Assembly: GCA_963665775.2 (NCBI GenBank)
Contig: CAXXTF010000002.1
Coordinates: 352,001 to 416,000, forward strand
Length of the DNA stretch: 64,000 nt
DNA from: Dehalococcoidia bacterium
Lineage (GTDB): Bacteria; Chloroflexota; Dehalococcoidia; SM23-28-2; RBG-16-64-32
Reading direction: 5' to 3'
Shown here: positions 8,663 to 22,098 of the stretch, piece after piece
Position numbering within the stretch: the stretch's first letter is position 1
How the letters are laid out: the number at the start of each line of letters is the position of its first letter
Position numbers and translations under genes: made by a program
The notes under the pieces: generated by a model
Database searches by the model: none
Told to the model about the DNA's origin: nothing
The model's input: only the letters and a program-made list of their open reading frames with translations

Positions 8663-9099
8663 TCAGCTTCGGATGTATTTTGACCCCCCACAATCGCTCA
8701 CTGCCCTTAGCCGGATGTATGATTGTGCCACCTATCTGTCCAAAGGAGGCTGCCATGCAGGGTTACTCCCATTTTGCCCCCCCCACACTGAGAGTTGCTG
8801 GCGGAGGGCCATATTCTCCAGGACGAGGTGATGCTGAGATCTAAAGGTGGCGCGCAGGGCAGAGCGAAGGAGCAGCAGGTGATCAATGCCGGGCCTCCGT
8901 GACTTCGTAATGTCCTAACGCTGGCCCAACTAGCTCAGTGCGTCAACCCTCCTAGATACGGATGACATTTTGCCCCCCCCCCCACACCCACAACTTCGGC
9001 TAACAGAACCCAGCTGTACAGATAGGGATGACATTTTGCCCCCCCCCACAGGTCCAGCAGCTGGCCTTTTGAATACGGATGAAGTTTTGGCACCCCACA
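8663..9099 (-). repeat. Cluster B of the ~31-bp motif (5 copies, all on the minus strand)
   Basis: Copies at 8663-8692, 8770-8787 (half), 8952-8986, 9018-9050, 9069-9099; three have poly-G tracts (G8, G11, G9). Confidence 0.9.
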
Positions 9100-9138
9100 G
9101 AGCGATTCGGGGACGCACCGCCCATGCCGAGGACGACG

Positions 9139-9879
9139 CTACGTTGCTGGCGTATCAAAGCGGCTATGGATCACTTTGTACTTGTTCCGTAGTCTCACAA
9201 AGTCCCAGAGCTCTCCGTGCTTCTCGCGAGTGACTATTATGATCCCGGCTTCTTTGAGTTCCTTCACGCCGCGAGTCCATGTGTCCTCAGAGAGTCCATA
9301 CTGCAAGCGCGCCCTGTCGGGTCTGACATGGGCGCCTTGTTCACGATCTTTCTCTCCCACCAGTTCTGACAGAATGAGGAGGAGGGCGATCGCGCGACCT
9401 GAGAGTCGAACGATCCACCCGTTCGTCCAGAACGTAACGGGAAGATTCACCCAGGTGCTCCTTGGGCGGGAGTATGGTTTGCCATCTCCGGTATGACTCC
9501 GTAGGTAGACTCGTCGCGGCCGGCCACGGCGTCGGTTATCTATGGAGATGAGTTTGTGCTGCTGCAACGAAGCAATAGCCTCGCTTACTCGGCGCGCACC
9601 GTTAATTTTAGGGCTAGGGAGGTTGAGCATCTCGGCCCACACCCGTGCCGGCTGGGGCCGAACATCGAATGGATCGCTGGTGGCTAGCAGGTTCATTGAC
9701 AGGAAAAGTTTCAGCCTCACCTCCCCTCCGCGGCCTCCGCGCATCAACGTGGCCAACGGAGGCGGCCGTCCGTCGTCGCGACGGATGAAGTCTTTTGCAA
9801 GGGGGACAACGCTGCGTCTTGATGTAGTAACCACCCAGTGGAGGAGACGGCGACCATCGGTAGTAACGGTGTTTTTCAA
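9139..9879 (-). CDS. Basic hypothetical DNA-binding protein, probably tandem winged-helix
   Basis: Two wHTH-like segments (RVWAEMLNL..ARRVSEAIASLQQHKLISI; YGLSEDTWTRGVKELKEAGIIIV...RNKY). Confidence 0.6.
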   Translation of the reverse strand: MKNTVTTDGRRLLHWVVTTSRRSVVPLAKDFIRRDDGRPPPLATLMRGGRGGEVRLKLFLSMNLLATSDPFDVRPQPARVWAEMLNLPSPKINGARRVSEAIASLQQHKLISIDNRRRGRPRRVYLRSHTGDGKPYSRPRSTWVNLPVTFWTNGWIVRLSGRAIALLLILSELVGEKDREQGAHVRPDRARLQYGLSEDTWTRGVKELKEAGIIIVTREKHGELWDFVRLRNKYKVIHSRFDTPAT

Positions 9880-10337
9880 ATTCGTGCTCCTTGTTGCGGG
9901 GGGAGCGGGGCTGCTGTGGTAGTGCTAGGCGTTGCAGGCGTTCCTCGGGTTGCAGGCATTATCGGTCCAATCGAATCCGTTTCCGCCGTCGGCGCCACCG
10001 CAATAGATGCATTGGTTTATTGGTACGCAACGCCAGGATAGTACCGCAACAATAGCATGTTACCCCCTACATATCCTCCTTGCGGTCCCGCCATAAAGGT
10101 GTCGCGGGTGTATTTGACCGGGTACGTTGCCGCCCGATAATAATCATAGACGAAAAGAGGCCTAGGACTGAAGCACCAGCCCTAGGTCTAGATAGATACA
10201 CCGCAGGGATGGGAATCACCTCAGGTGTCTCCGCGCTAATCTCCGATCCGTCTAGCGAACGACTTTTGCGAGCCTATGGATGTCAGGTGGGAGCGGGCCG
10301 CTGGGGTTGGCCTTCGCAGCATCCGAGGAAATCCACT

Positions 10338-10432
10338 GCTCTCTGGCAGCAGATGGCCGCGATCTATCCGCCCTATAACGACTACCAGGCGCGCACCGAG
10401 CGCGAGATCCCAGTCGTCATTCTGGATCTGGA
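10338..10432 (+). pseudogene. C-terminal remnant of a deazaflavin-dependent nitroreductase (Ddn-like)
   Basis: [28 protein letters not shown]. Confidence 0.6.
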
Positions 10433-10439
10433 CCAGTTT

Positions 10440-10612
10440 GGCGGCGTGCTGTGTCTTGACGGTCTGGTGCAGTAGGTCGGGCAACGCGAATAGATCCCGG
10501 GTGCCCTGTAGAAAGAGCATCGGGACGGCGATATTCACTAAGTGAGCGTCTCGGATGCGTTCGGGCTTGCCGGGCGGGTGGAGCGGGTAGCCGAGAAACA
10601 CGAGACCCGAAG
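10440..10612 (-). pseudogene. Internal remnant of an alpha/beta hydrolase
   Basis: [33 protein letters not shown]. Confidence 0.65.
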
Positions 10613-10706
10613 ATGCCACTCTACACCTCCCCGACAGCAAGGATGGCCGTGCTTCAATCGCCCCGCCCGGCACGGAGTCCCGCATGAGAAGCGCTATGCC
10701 GTATGA

Positions 10707-11387
10707 CTACTGGGACGAGCCACTGGACTGGACGATCCGCATGTACGCGCTCACCCCGAGGAGGGCACCAAGAGGCGGGCCAAGCCAGTAAACCCACTGA
10801 TCCTCGAATGTGAAAGTCGCGAGAGCGGGTCCAAGTGAGCGAGCTGGGTTCATTGAGCCACCGGTAAGGGGCCCAGCCAGGATTGCTCCAACGCATACGG
10901 CTCCACCAACTCCGAGAGCGGCAGTTACGGATGAGAGGTCCTGCTTTGAGATGACGATGGCGACGACGAGCGCCAATAGCGCAGTGATGGCGATCTCTAT
11001 AGTTAGCGCCTCTCCCAGCGTGACGGAGGGGACTGTCGCACCGAGCTGGACTTTGTTTCCGGCTAGGATCAGCAACAGGAGACTAGCCGCTACGGCTCCA
11101 CCAATCTGGGACGCGATGTAAGCCGGAATGTCACGGTATCGGAACCTACCGTAGACAGCAAGCGCGAAGCTTATCGCAGGATTAAAGTGAGATCCGGACA
11201 CATGCCTGGTAGCATAGACCATCAACCCAATGGCGAGCCCGAACACGATCCCAATTCCGAGGTTGCCTAAAGGCCAATCTGCTGACCCATCGAGAACGAT
11301 TGCCCCCGTGCCCGCAAACACAAAGGCGAAGGTCCCAAGGAACTCAGCCTGGCAGCGGCGAATTAGGGAATTTGTGCTCAAACGCAA
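10707..11387 (-). CDS. MIP family aquaporin/aquaglyceroporin
   Basis: AEFLGTF, SGSHFNPA, GGSMNPARS, WVYW.GP..GA. Confidence 0.9.
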   Translation of the reverse strand: MRLSTNSLIRRCQAEFLGTFAFVFAGTGAIVLDGSADWPLGNLGIGIVFGLAIGLMVYATRHVSGSHFNPAISFALAVYGRFRYRDIPAYIASQIGGAVAASLLLLILAGNKVQLGATVPSVTLGEALTIEIAITALLALVVAIVISKQDLSSVTAALGVGGAVCVGAILAGPLTGGSMNPARSLGPALATFTFEDQWVYWLGPPLGALLGVSAYMRIVQSSGSSQ

Positions 11388-11567
11388 TTCTTCAAGCGGC
11401 TCCGGCCGAATCCATCCAAGCTCTTCCCGAATTGGATCAATGCGTGTGGAGACTGTTCGCTACCCCGGATAAAAAGTTAATCCTCCGATCCAAGTGCCAG
11501 CGATCGTCGGGGCTCCTCTGCTCGGCGGACGCAACAGGAGACGACCGTTGCCAGCACCTCGCTGAGA

Positions 11568-13760
<2,193 letters not shown>

Positions 13761-14158
13761 TTATTGACCGGCCCCTATTAACGGGTGAAACGTCTGGTCA
13801 CGCCTCCCGTGCCACGGGTTGGGGCAAACTGTGGTCGCAGCCGTATTTCATACCGCCCTGATTATGACTCTGCCGCTCCGCCAAGTGGCGCATGCAAAGT
13901 GTGGCACCGCAGCTCAGGCACAGAGCTACCGCCGTCAGTTCCTCGCCTCGCTGCGCGCAAACATAACAGTTCACGGTCCGCCGCCTTCTAAGACTAAGTC
14001 TGTGTTTAGAATCTGTGTATCGCGAAGGCTAATGGGGGGGAGGGTGGATGTCAAGGGGTAAACATGGTGAGCCCCTGATTAAGTTATGCTGCGCGATGGT
14101 CGCCAAACCGTTCTGCATATGGCATGATTCGCCGTGAGAAAACGTCCGGAGATCAGGA

Positions 14159-15367
14159 GTGAACGAGATGGCGAAGATCCTTTGCGTGCTCTATGACGAT
14201 CCGGTGGGTGGCTACCCGACATCGTATTCGCGTGACGACATACCAACGCTTCACCATTACCCAGGTGGACAGACGCTACCGACTCCCGGCGCGATCGACT
14301 TTGTGCCGGGCGAGCTCTTGGGCAGCGTCTCGGGTGGGCTCGGGCTGCGCAAGTTTCTCGAAGGGCTTGGCCACACCCTGGTCGTAACCTCCGACAAGGA
14401 CGGCGCCGATTGCGAGTTCGAACGGGAATTGCCCGATGCGGAAGTCGTCATTTCCCAGCCGTTCTGGCCTGCATATCTGACCGCTGAGCGGATTGCCAGC
14501 GCGCCTAAACTAAAGTTAGCAGTGACCGCTGGCGTTGGCTCTGATCATGTCGACCTGCAGGCTGCGTTGGAAAGGGGCCTCACCGTCGCTGAGGTGACCT
14601 ACTCCAATAGTATCAGCGTGAGCGAGCACGTTGTGATGCTAATCTTGTCGCTTGTGCGAAACTATATCCCCTCCTATCGATGGGTTATAAATGGGGGCTG
14701 GAATATCGCTGACTGCGTCGACAGGTCATACGACCTGGAGGGTATGACAGTCGGAACCGTCGGTGCTGGCCGGATCGGTACAGCTGTCTTGAGGAGGCTG
14801 AAGCCGTTCGACGTCAATCTGCACTACACGGACCGACACCGGCTGCTGGAAGGCGTCGAGCGCGAGCTTCGGCTGACTTTTCATTCCGATGCGGAGTCGA
14901 TGGTGCGTGTCTGCGATGTCGTTACTGTCAACGCCCCGCTTCATCCCGAGACCGAGCATATGTTCAACGACGCCCTTATCGGCAAGATGAAGCGAGGCGC
15001 TTATCTCGTCAATACGGCCCGCGGCAAGATCTGTGACAGGGATGCCGTGGCCAGAGCACTGGAAAGCGGGCAACTTGCCGGGTACGCGGGCGACGTTTGG
15101 TTTCCCCAGCCACCACCGAAGGACCACCCCTGGCGGACAATGCCGAATCACGGCATGACGCCCCACGTATCCGGGACGTCGTTATCGGCGCAGGCCCGCT
15201 ACGCTGCTGGGGTGCGCGAGATCCTGGAATGCTGGTTCGACAGCCGTTCCATCCGCGAAGAGTATTTGATCGTCGACAATGGCAGGTTGGCCGGCGCAGG
15301 AGCTCATTCTTACAGCGCTGGCGACGCTACCCACGGCTCCGAGGAAGCCGAGCGATTCAGGCAATAG
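14159..15367 (+). CDS. fdh: NAD-dependent, metal-independent formate dehydrogenase
   Basis: MAKILCVLYDDP, PGELLGSVSG.LGLRKFLE, ISQPFWPAY, GAGRIG, GYAGDVWFPQP, MTPHVSGTSLSAQARYAAG. Confidence 0.95.
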   Translation: MNEMAKILCVLYDDPVGGYPTSYSRDDIPTLHHYPGGQTLPTPGAIDFVPGELLGSVSGGLGLRKFLEGLGHTLVVTSDKDGADCEFERELPDAEVVISQPFWPAYLTAERIASAPKLKLAVTAGVGSDHVDLQAALERGLTVAEVTYSNSISVSEHVVMLILSLVRNYIPSYRWVINGGWNIADCVDRSYDLEGMTVGTVGAGRIGTAVLRRLKPFDVNLHYTDRHRLLEGVERELRLTFHSDAESMVRVCDVVTVNAPLHPETEHMFNDALIGKMKRGAYLVNTARGKICDRDAVARALESGQLAGYAGDVWFPQPPPKDHPWRTMPNHGMTPHVSGTSLSAQARYAAGVREILECWFDSRSIREEYLIVDNGRLAGAGAHSYSAGDATHGSEEAERFRQ

Positions 15368-15427
15368 ACCGGGTGAGCGGGCCGACCCGATCGGACTGCT
15401 AGGGCGATCCCGTCGAACCCCATCCAT

Positions 15428-15458
15428 TGTGGGGCGCCAAAACTCCATCCGCGGCGGT
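15428..15458 (+). repeat. ~31-bp motif copy
   Basis: TGTGGGGCGCCAAAACTCCATCCG, 60 bp after the fdh stop. Confidence 0.8.
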
Positions 15459-15937
15459 GAGGCCGCATCTCGCCGGAGAATAGTTGCCCCAAACGGGCTT
15501 CGCGGCGGCACTGATAATCGCGGTTAACTAAACGATGAGCCGCAACGTTTATATCATTTCTGTCCCTGCGCTCGGCTCCAACTGGAAGGTGCCGGTAGAT
15601 GCTTCGTAGATGCATGTTATGGTGGCACCATCTGACGTGCCGAACCTGCCGTTCTCTGCCGAATCGGTAGCCCTACACCTCACCCGGCAGCGCAGCCTTA
15701 CGTACGCCTAATGACCGTCCTAATGGCGCCAGAAGCGCAACTCATCCAACAAGTGAATCCCGTTGTAGGGCTCCTCTAGCAAACTCCTCACTCGGTCCGA
15801 ATCTCGGCTCATGTGGCTTTGGGTGTCGCTTCTTCATCGTTCAATACACTCCAGTCCTGAGCCTGTGCCCATTCCTGGAATGTATGCCAGCTAGCCTCGG
15901 GTGGGCTTTACGGAGCGTCTCGATGTCGGCGCTGTAT

Positions 15938-15968
15938 TGTGGGGCGCCAAAACCTCATCCGCTATAAT
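15938..15968 (+). repeat. ~31-bp motif copy, probable left end of the adjacent IS remnant
   Basis: TGTGGGGCGCCAAAACCTCATCCGCTATAAT starts about 110 bp before the transposase remnant. Confidence 0.8.
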
Positions 15969-16045
15969 CGGCCCTGTGATTACGGTTGTCGGCAGGTAGG
16001 TGTTGCCTCTTGCTCCAGAGCCTTCGTAATTGGCGGAACCGCCTC

Positions 16046-16430
16046 ATGGCGCGTCTCGTCGACCGGCTCGACCTGGTTCTCGAGAACCTTGCGCTGCAGC
16101 ACCAGTTGAGAGTATAGGAACGCGGACGCCGTCTCCAGGGCAGCGATCGCCTTTACTGGTGTCTTCTTTCACGCTTCTGGCTGAGGTGGCGGGAGCCGCT
16201 AATGGTCGTTCAGCCGGCTACTGTCTGGCGCTGGCGCCGGACAGCCTGGTGGCGGCATCTAGGCCAGCGCCTTCACTTGGGCGGAAGGCCGCCGATCGAT
16301 CCAGATCTGCAGGCGCTGATTCAACGGATGGCGGCAGAGAACCGTCTGTGGGGCAGCATGCGCATCGTCGGGGCGTTACGGGCAGCTGGGCTTCAGGGTG
16401 AGCAACTCGACGGTGCGCCGGTACCGCGGA
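16046..16430 (+). pseudogene. N-terminal remnant of an integrase-core (rve) DDE transposase, IS3/IS481-like
   Basis: LVLENLALQHQL, DRLYW, VVQPATVWRW, GRPPI..LIQRMAAENRLWG..RI.G.L, VSNSTVRRY; internal TAG at 16115, frameshift, no DDE domain. Confidence 0.8.
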
Positions 16431-16475
16431 GGCAGCGCGCGACCACTGCCGACGCAGGGTTGGGCGACCGCAGGC

Positions 16476-17285
16476 TCATTCTTCCTGGGCGTCAGGCTTC
16501 GGCGGGCGGATACGAAGGGTCTTGAGGGCGAAAGCAGTGGCCGCCATCGGCGGAGCCGCGCGCCACATGTCGCCCCAAGCGCCGCCCCCCGCCCGGTCGA
16601 GAACGGGTGCTACGTCGCGCAATAGGCGGAACATGGGCCGCACTAGGCCCCCGCTCTGCGAGCGACGCGGCGACTCGCCAGCCGCGATCGCATCCAGCGC
16701 GCCAGCAAGCGCTTTCGTGTCATTGGCCCACTGCGCACGGAAGAGGATCGTCCCGTCTTTGCCTAGAGCGTAGGCAGAGTTGGGTTTTGGACTCAGGGCA
16801 CGGTGGAAAGTGCCGTCGATGTCGTCCACCGCCACTTCGAACTTGAATTCGTGGAGGTCACGTAGCTGTCCCGCGTGCGCCATCTTCTCGTCGAGCGATT
16901 TGGGCTGGGGCACCGCCTTTCCGGGGTGCGCTTCACGGACGTCCACTATCACGAAGCGCACGCGGTCGCCCAAGCGCGCGTGCAGCTCTTTCAGGCCAGG
17001 GGCGGCGCTGTCCGTCACGGGGCAGGTGTAAGAGCCGAAGATCAGCAGCGCCGGTCCGGTCTCGCCGAGATCGGTGGACCGGAAGCGGCCTCCGCCCAAA
17101 GTCGGGAGGTCGAAGTCGGGCACGCGGTCGCCTGGCCCCGGATCATCTCTGCTGTAGTACAGGTCCTTCAACACGAGCGGCAGTGCGAGATGGTCGAAGC
17201 GGTAGCGTTGTCCGACGTCCTGGGAGTCGTCGCTTCGCTTCTGTCCTGAGGTGCCGATGTGAGTCTCGCCAGTTTCCTTTGTCAT
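16476..17285 (-). CDS. Thioredoxin-fold deiodinase-like/redoxin protein
   Basis: PGD.VPDFDL.TL.G, LLIFGSYTCP, VREAHPG, VAVDD.DG..H. Confidence 0.75.
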   Translation of the reverse strand: MTKETGETHIGTSGQKRSDDSQDVGQRYRFDHLALPLVLKDLYYSRDDPGPGDRVPDFDLPTLGGGRFRSTDLGETGPALLIFGSYTCPVTDSAAPGLKELHARLGDRVRFVIVDVREAHPGKAVPQPKSLDEKMAHAGQLRDLHEFKFEVAVDDIDGTFHRALSPKPNSAYALGKDGTILFRAQWANDTKALAGALDAIAAGESPRRSQSGGLVRPMFRLLRDVAPVLDRAGGGAWGDMWRAAPPMAATAFALKTLRIRPPKPDAQEE

Positions 17286-17400
17286 CTTCCAACTCCTTTC
17301 TTGGTCGGGCGTTGTCCTATAGGATTGCCCCCTCCCCTCAATTCTTAGGCTGGGCCGTGACGAGCCGGACGGATCCGGGTCCTTCGCCTCACCCCGAAAC

Positions 17401-18347
17401 GGTTCTGTCAGAACTCAGGGCGTCAATGCCGCGGAGATGGTTCTCGGTTCGTAATCGGGGCTGATTACGCTGCTGCCATCTCCGCCGTCAGCGCCTGCCA
17501 TCTCGATAGGAAGACTCGACGCCTCTCCGACAAAGACATCTGCCCGCCCATTGGCGTGCGGATGCGCAGGTACTGGCGCAGCTCTTCGAACGCCGAGCAG
17601 AAGCGCTTCGCCGACTCCATTCGCTTGAACCCCAGCATGGGGTAGTAGCGCTGTTTGATGGCCCGGTGGTCCTGCTCGATACGATTGTTCAGGTACCGAC
17701 TCTGCCGGTGCAAGACCTTCCCACCCAGTATCCAGCGGATCGCCTTTCCGTAGGCCGGATGCTGGTCAGTGGTGAGGCGCAACGGCTTGTGGGTCGTGAC
17801 GTCGGCCAGCCGCCGTAGAAAGAGACGGGCAGCCGCTCTATCCCTTCGCTCACTCAGCATCGAGTCCAGAAGATTGCCGTCCCGGTCAATGGCGCGGTAC
17901 AGGTAACGCCAACGACCGCCGACCTTCACGTAGGTCTCATCTAGATACCAGGAGAGACCGCTTGTCTGGCCGCGCCGCCGGGTACGCAGTTGTTCGCCCA
18001 GAAGAGGAGCAAACCGGAACTCCCATGCCCGTACCGTCTCGTGTGTGACCTCGTAGCCTCGCTGAAGGAGCGGTTCGGCGACATCGCGGAACCCAAGCTT
18101 GTAGCGTAACCGCCAGAGGACCGCCAACAGGACGATGTCGGTGGGGAACTGGAGGTCGTTGTAGGGCGTACCGGTGCGCTCGTTAAAGCGACGGTGGCAA
18201 GACCTACACGAGAACCTATGGTAGCCTAGGGTGGAGCGGTGCTTCCGTTTGCTGGTTGCTGTCGATCGGCAATGCGGGCAGTTCATGGGTAGCTCCTCTC
18301 CTACATTGAGACAAGCTTACCCCCGCGCCCTGAGTTCTGACAGAACC
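17401..18347 (-). mobile_element. IS6-family insertion sequence, copy 1 (947 bp)
   Basis: IRs GGTTCTGTCAGAACTCAGGGCG at both ends; encodes a transposase. Confidence 0.93.
17465..18286 (-). CDS. IS6-family DDE transposase with N-terminal zinc ribbon
   Basis: WYLDETYVKVGG.W.YLYRAID, TTD, YLNNRIEQDHR.IK. Confidence 0.93.
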   Translation of the reverse strand: MNCPHCRSTATSKRKHRSTLGYHRFSCRSCHRRFNERTGTPYNDLQFPTDIVLLAVLWRLRYKLGFRDVAEPLLQRGYEVTHETVRAWEFRFAPLLGEQLRTRRRGQTSGLSWYLDETYVKVGGRWRYLYRAIDRDGNLLDSMLSERRDRAAARLFLRRLADVTTHKPLRLTTDQHPAYGKAIRWILGGKVLHRQSRYLNNRIEQDHRAIKQRYYPMLGFKRMESAKRFCSAFEELRQYLRIRTPMGGQMSLSERRRVFLSRWQALTAEMAAA

Positions 18348-18549
18348 CGTCCAGTCCGGAGGCCAGCATGAGACCGCCGGCCCCGGCAGTGTGGGAGGAG
18401 CCGGACGTACGGGCCGGCTCACATCGCTCAGCCGCCGGCAACGCCTGTCCAGCGCGCCCGGATACGCCCCCGATCACCAGCAGGAGCAATGTGATCGCCG
18501 CAAAGGCGGCAAACAGCAACAGGTAGCTTCTTCTCAGCCTTTTTCCCAT
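18348..18549 (-). pseudogene. Inverted 5' end (signal peptide) of the secreted metalloprotease gene that continues at 20260
   Basis: MGKRLRRSYLLLFAAFAAITLLLLVIGG...LASGLD ends at the IS boundary and joins in frame to AMTDESD. Confidence 0.85.
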
Positions 18550-19086
18550 ACCCTCTGACACGGGGGATCCGGCAATCCATCTCGTACTGGAAGACGCGTG
18601 GCTTCGGGCGGCATTACTCGCGCTCCAAGATCGCGGCCCAGAAGGCACAAGTTGTTCTGCCCGCCGTAAGGCACCGCCGTCTCCACTCTAATATAACGAG
18701 ACCGAGCGGAAACCGTCCTCGACCTCATGTTCGGCCGCTCATTATATCGTGAATTTCGATCGAGCGCGCCCAATAAGGACCTCGGCAGGCCACCTTCCGA
18801 CCGAAGCGGGACGGAGCCTCGCCCCCAGCGATACGCTAGGGTTCAGCCGGTCCTCCAGTTTTGCGGCCGGACAGGCCATCGGCTGCTACACTACTCCTAG
18901 TGCTGGGCTGGCTACAAAGCTAGTTGACAGGAACCATAGGCGCTGTTTCAATACCTGCGGAGGCCTTTCGGGAAATTAGCGCCCGGGCGAGAGTGTGGGT
19001 GTCGCCCGCGGAGCTGATATTTCGGGGGGGGCAGCGGGACGCCTGAAACCGCCCGAAATAGTTTTGGCGAAGGCCTCTCACAGGGA

Positions 19087-19161
19087 GCGGGCGTAGCTCA
19101 GTGGTAGAGCATCTGCTTCCCAAGCAGAGGGCCGTGGGTTCGATCCCCATCGCCCGCTCCA
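19087..19161 (+). tRNA. tRNA-Gly(CCC)
   Basis: GCGGGCG acceptor stem, anticodon arm TCTGC-TTCCCAA-GCAGA, GGTTCGAT, CCA end. Confidence 0.95.
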
Positions 19162-19258
19162 AGTACAACTTGGCCGACATCCGGGAACGCTCCGGCTGTC
19201 TGGGATACAATCCATCAGCCTCAACATGGGCGGTGGCAGAGCGGTGCGCGAACGTCCG

Positions 19259-19289
19259 CCAGATACGGATGAAATGTTGACACCCTATA
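19259..19289 (-). repeat. Degenerate ~31-bp motif copy
   Basis: Reverse complement TATAGGGTGTCAACATTTCATCCGTATCTGG. Confidence 0.7.
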
Positions 19290-19312
19290 GCCAGGATGGA
19301 TCTGCTCGGCGC

Positions 19313-20259
19313 GGTTCTGTCAGAACTCAGGGCGCGGGGGTAAGCTTGTCTCAATGTAGGAGAGGAGCTACCCATGAACTGCCCGCATTGCCGATCGACA
19401 ACAACCAGCAAACGGAAGCACCGCTCCACCCTAGGCTACCATAGGTTCTCGTGTAGGTCTTGCCACCGTCGCTTTAACGAGCGCACCGGTACGCCCTACA
19501 ACGACCTCCAGTTCCCCACCGACATCGTCCTGTTGGCGGTCCTCTGGCGGTTACGCTACAAGCTTGGGTTCCGCGATGTCGCCGAACTGCTCCTTCAGCG
19601 AGGCTACGAGGTCACACACGAGACGGTACGGGCATGGGAGTTCCGGTTTGCTCCTCTTCTGGGCGAACAACTGCGTACCCGGCGGCGCGGCCAGACAAGC
19701 GGTCTCTCCTGGTATCTAGATGAGACCTACGTGAAGGTCGGCGGTCGTTGGCGTTACCTGTACCGCGCCATTGACCCGGACGGCAATCTCCTGGACTCGA
19801 TGCTGAGTGAGCGAAGGGATAGAGCGGCTGCCCGTCTCTTTCTACGGCGGCTGGCCGACGTCACGACCCACAAGCCGTTGCGCCTCACCACTGACCAGCA
19901 TCCGGCCTACGGAAAGGCGATCCGCTGGATACTGGGTGGGAAGGTCTTGCACCGGCAGAGTCGGTACCTGAACAATCGTATCGAGCAGGACCACCGGGCC
20001 ATCAAACAGCGCTACTACCCCATGCTGGGGTTCAAGCGAATGGAGTCGGCGAAGCGCTTCTGCTCGGCGTTCGAAGAGCTGCGCCAGTACCTGCGCATCC
20101 GCACGCCAATGGGCGGGCGGATGTCTTTGTCGGAGAGGCGTCGAGTCTTCCTATCGAGATGGCAGGCGCTGACGGCGGAGATGGCAGCAGCGTAATCAGC
20201 CCCGATTACGAACCGAGAACCATCTCCGCGGCATTGGCGCCCTGAGTTCTGACAGAACC
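19313..20259 (+). mobile_element. IS6-family insertion sequence, copy 2 (947 bp), inverted relative to copy 1
   Basis: Same IRs and length as copy 1; transposase differs at 4 residues. Confidence 0.93.
19374..20195 (+). CDS. IS6-family DDE transposase
   Basis: Same motifs as copy 1. Confidence 0.93.
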   Translation: MNCPHCRSTTTSKRKHRSTLGYHRFSCRSCHRRFNERTGTPYNDLQFPTDIVLLAVLWRLRYKLGFRDVAELLLQRGYEVTHETVRAWEFRFAPLLGEQLRTRRRGQTSGLSWYLDETYVKVGGRWRYLYRAIDPDGNLLDSMLSERRDRAAARLFLRRLADVTTHKPLRLTTDQHPAYGKAIRWILGGKVLHRQSRYLNNRIEQDHRAIKQRYYPMLGFKRMESAKRFCSAFEELRQYLRIRTPMGGRMSLSERRRVFLSRWQALTAEMAAA

Positions 20260-21793
<1,534 letters not shown>

Positions 21794-22098
21794 CGGGCTG
21801 TCCTCTGATCGGCCCAGCTGGGCCCTGACCCCCTCGGAGAAGCTGCTCCAGCGCCTGCTCCGCCACATCTCGGCGGGACGCTTTAGGGAACAGTCAACTC
21901 ATTTACGTCTTCCGGCGTCGTGGCCAGCCTACCCCAGGCCTGGGAGCGAGTCTAAAACACCGTCCGGCCCCATCAGTCCCTCGCCTTCTGTTCACCTAAG
22001 AAGAATCGTGCTACTATAGCCTGGCTCGCGTCAGCCGGGCCATGGGGAATTTGATCCATCACTGTATCAGCTAGCTACTCTGCCGAGGATGTCACGCA

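Noticed and set aside
4097-9099. The ~31-bp motif as a CRISPR array
   Set aside because: Spacing is irregular (about 18 to 300 bp), orientations are mixed, copies are degenerate and non-palindromic, and no cas gene is in the window.
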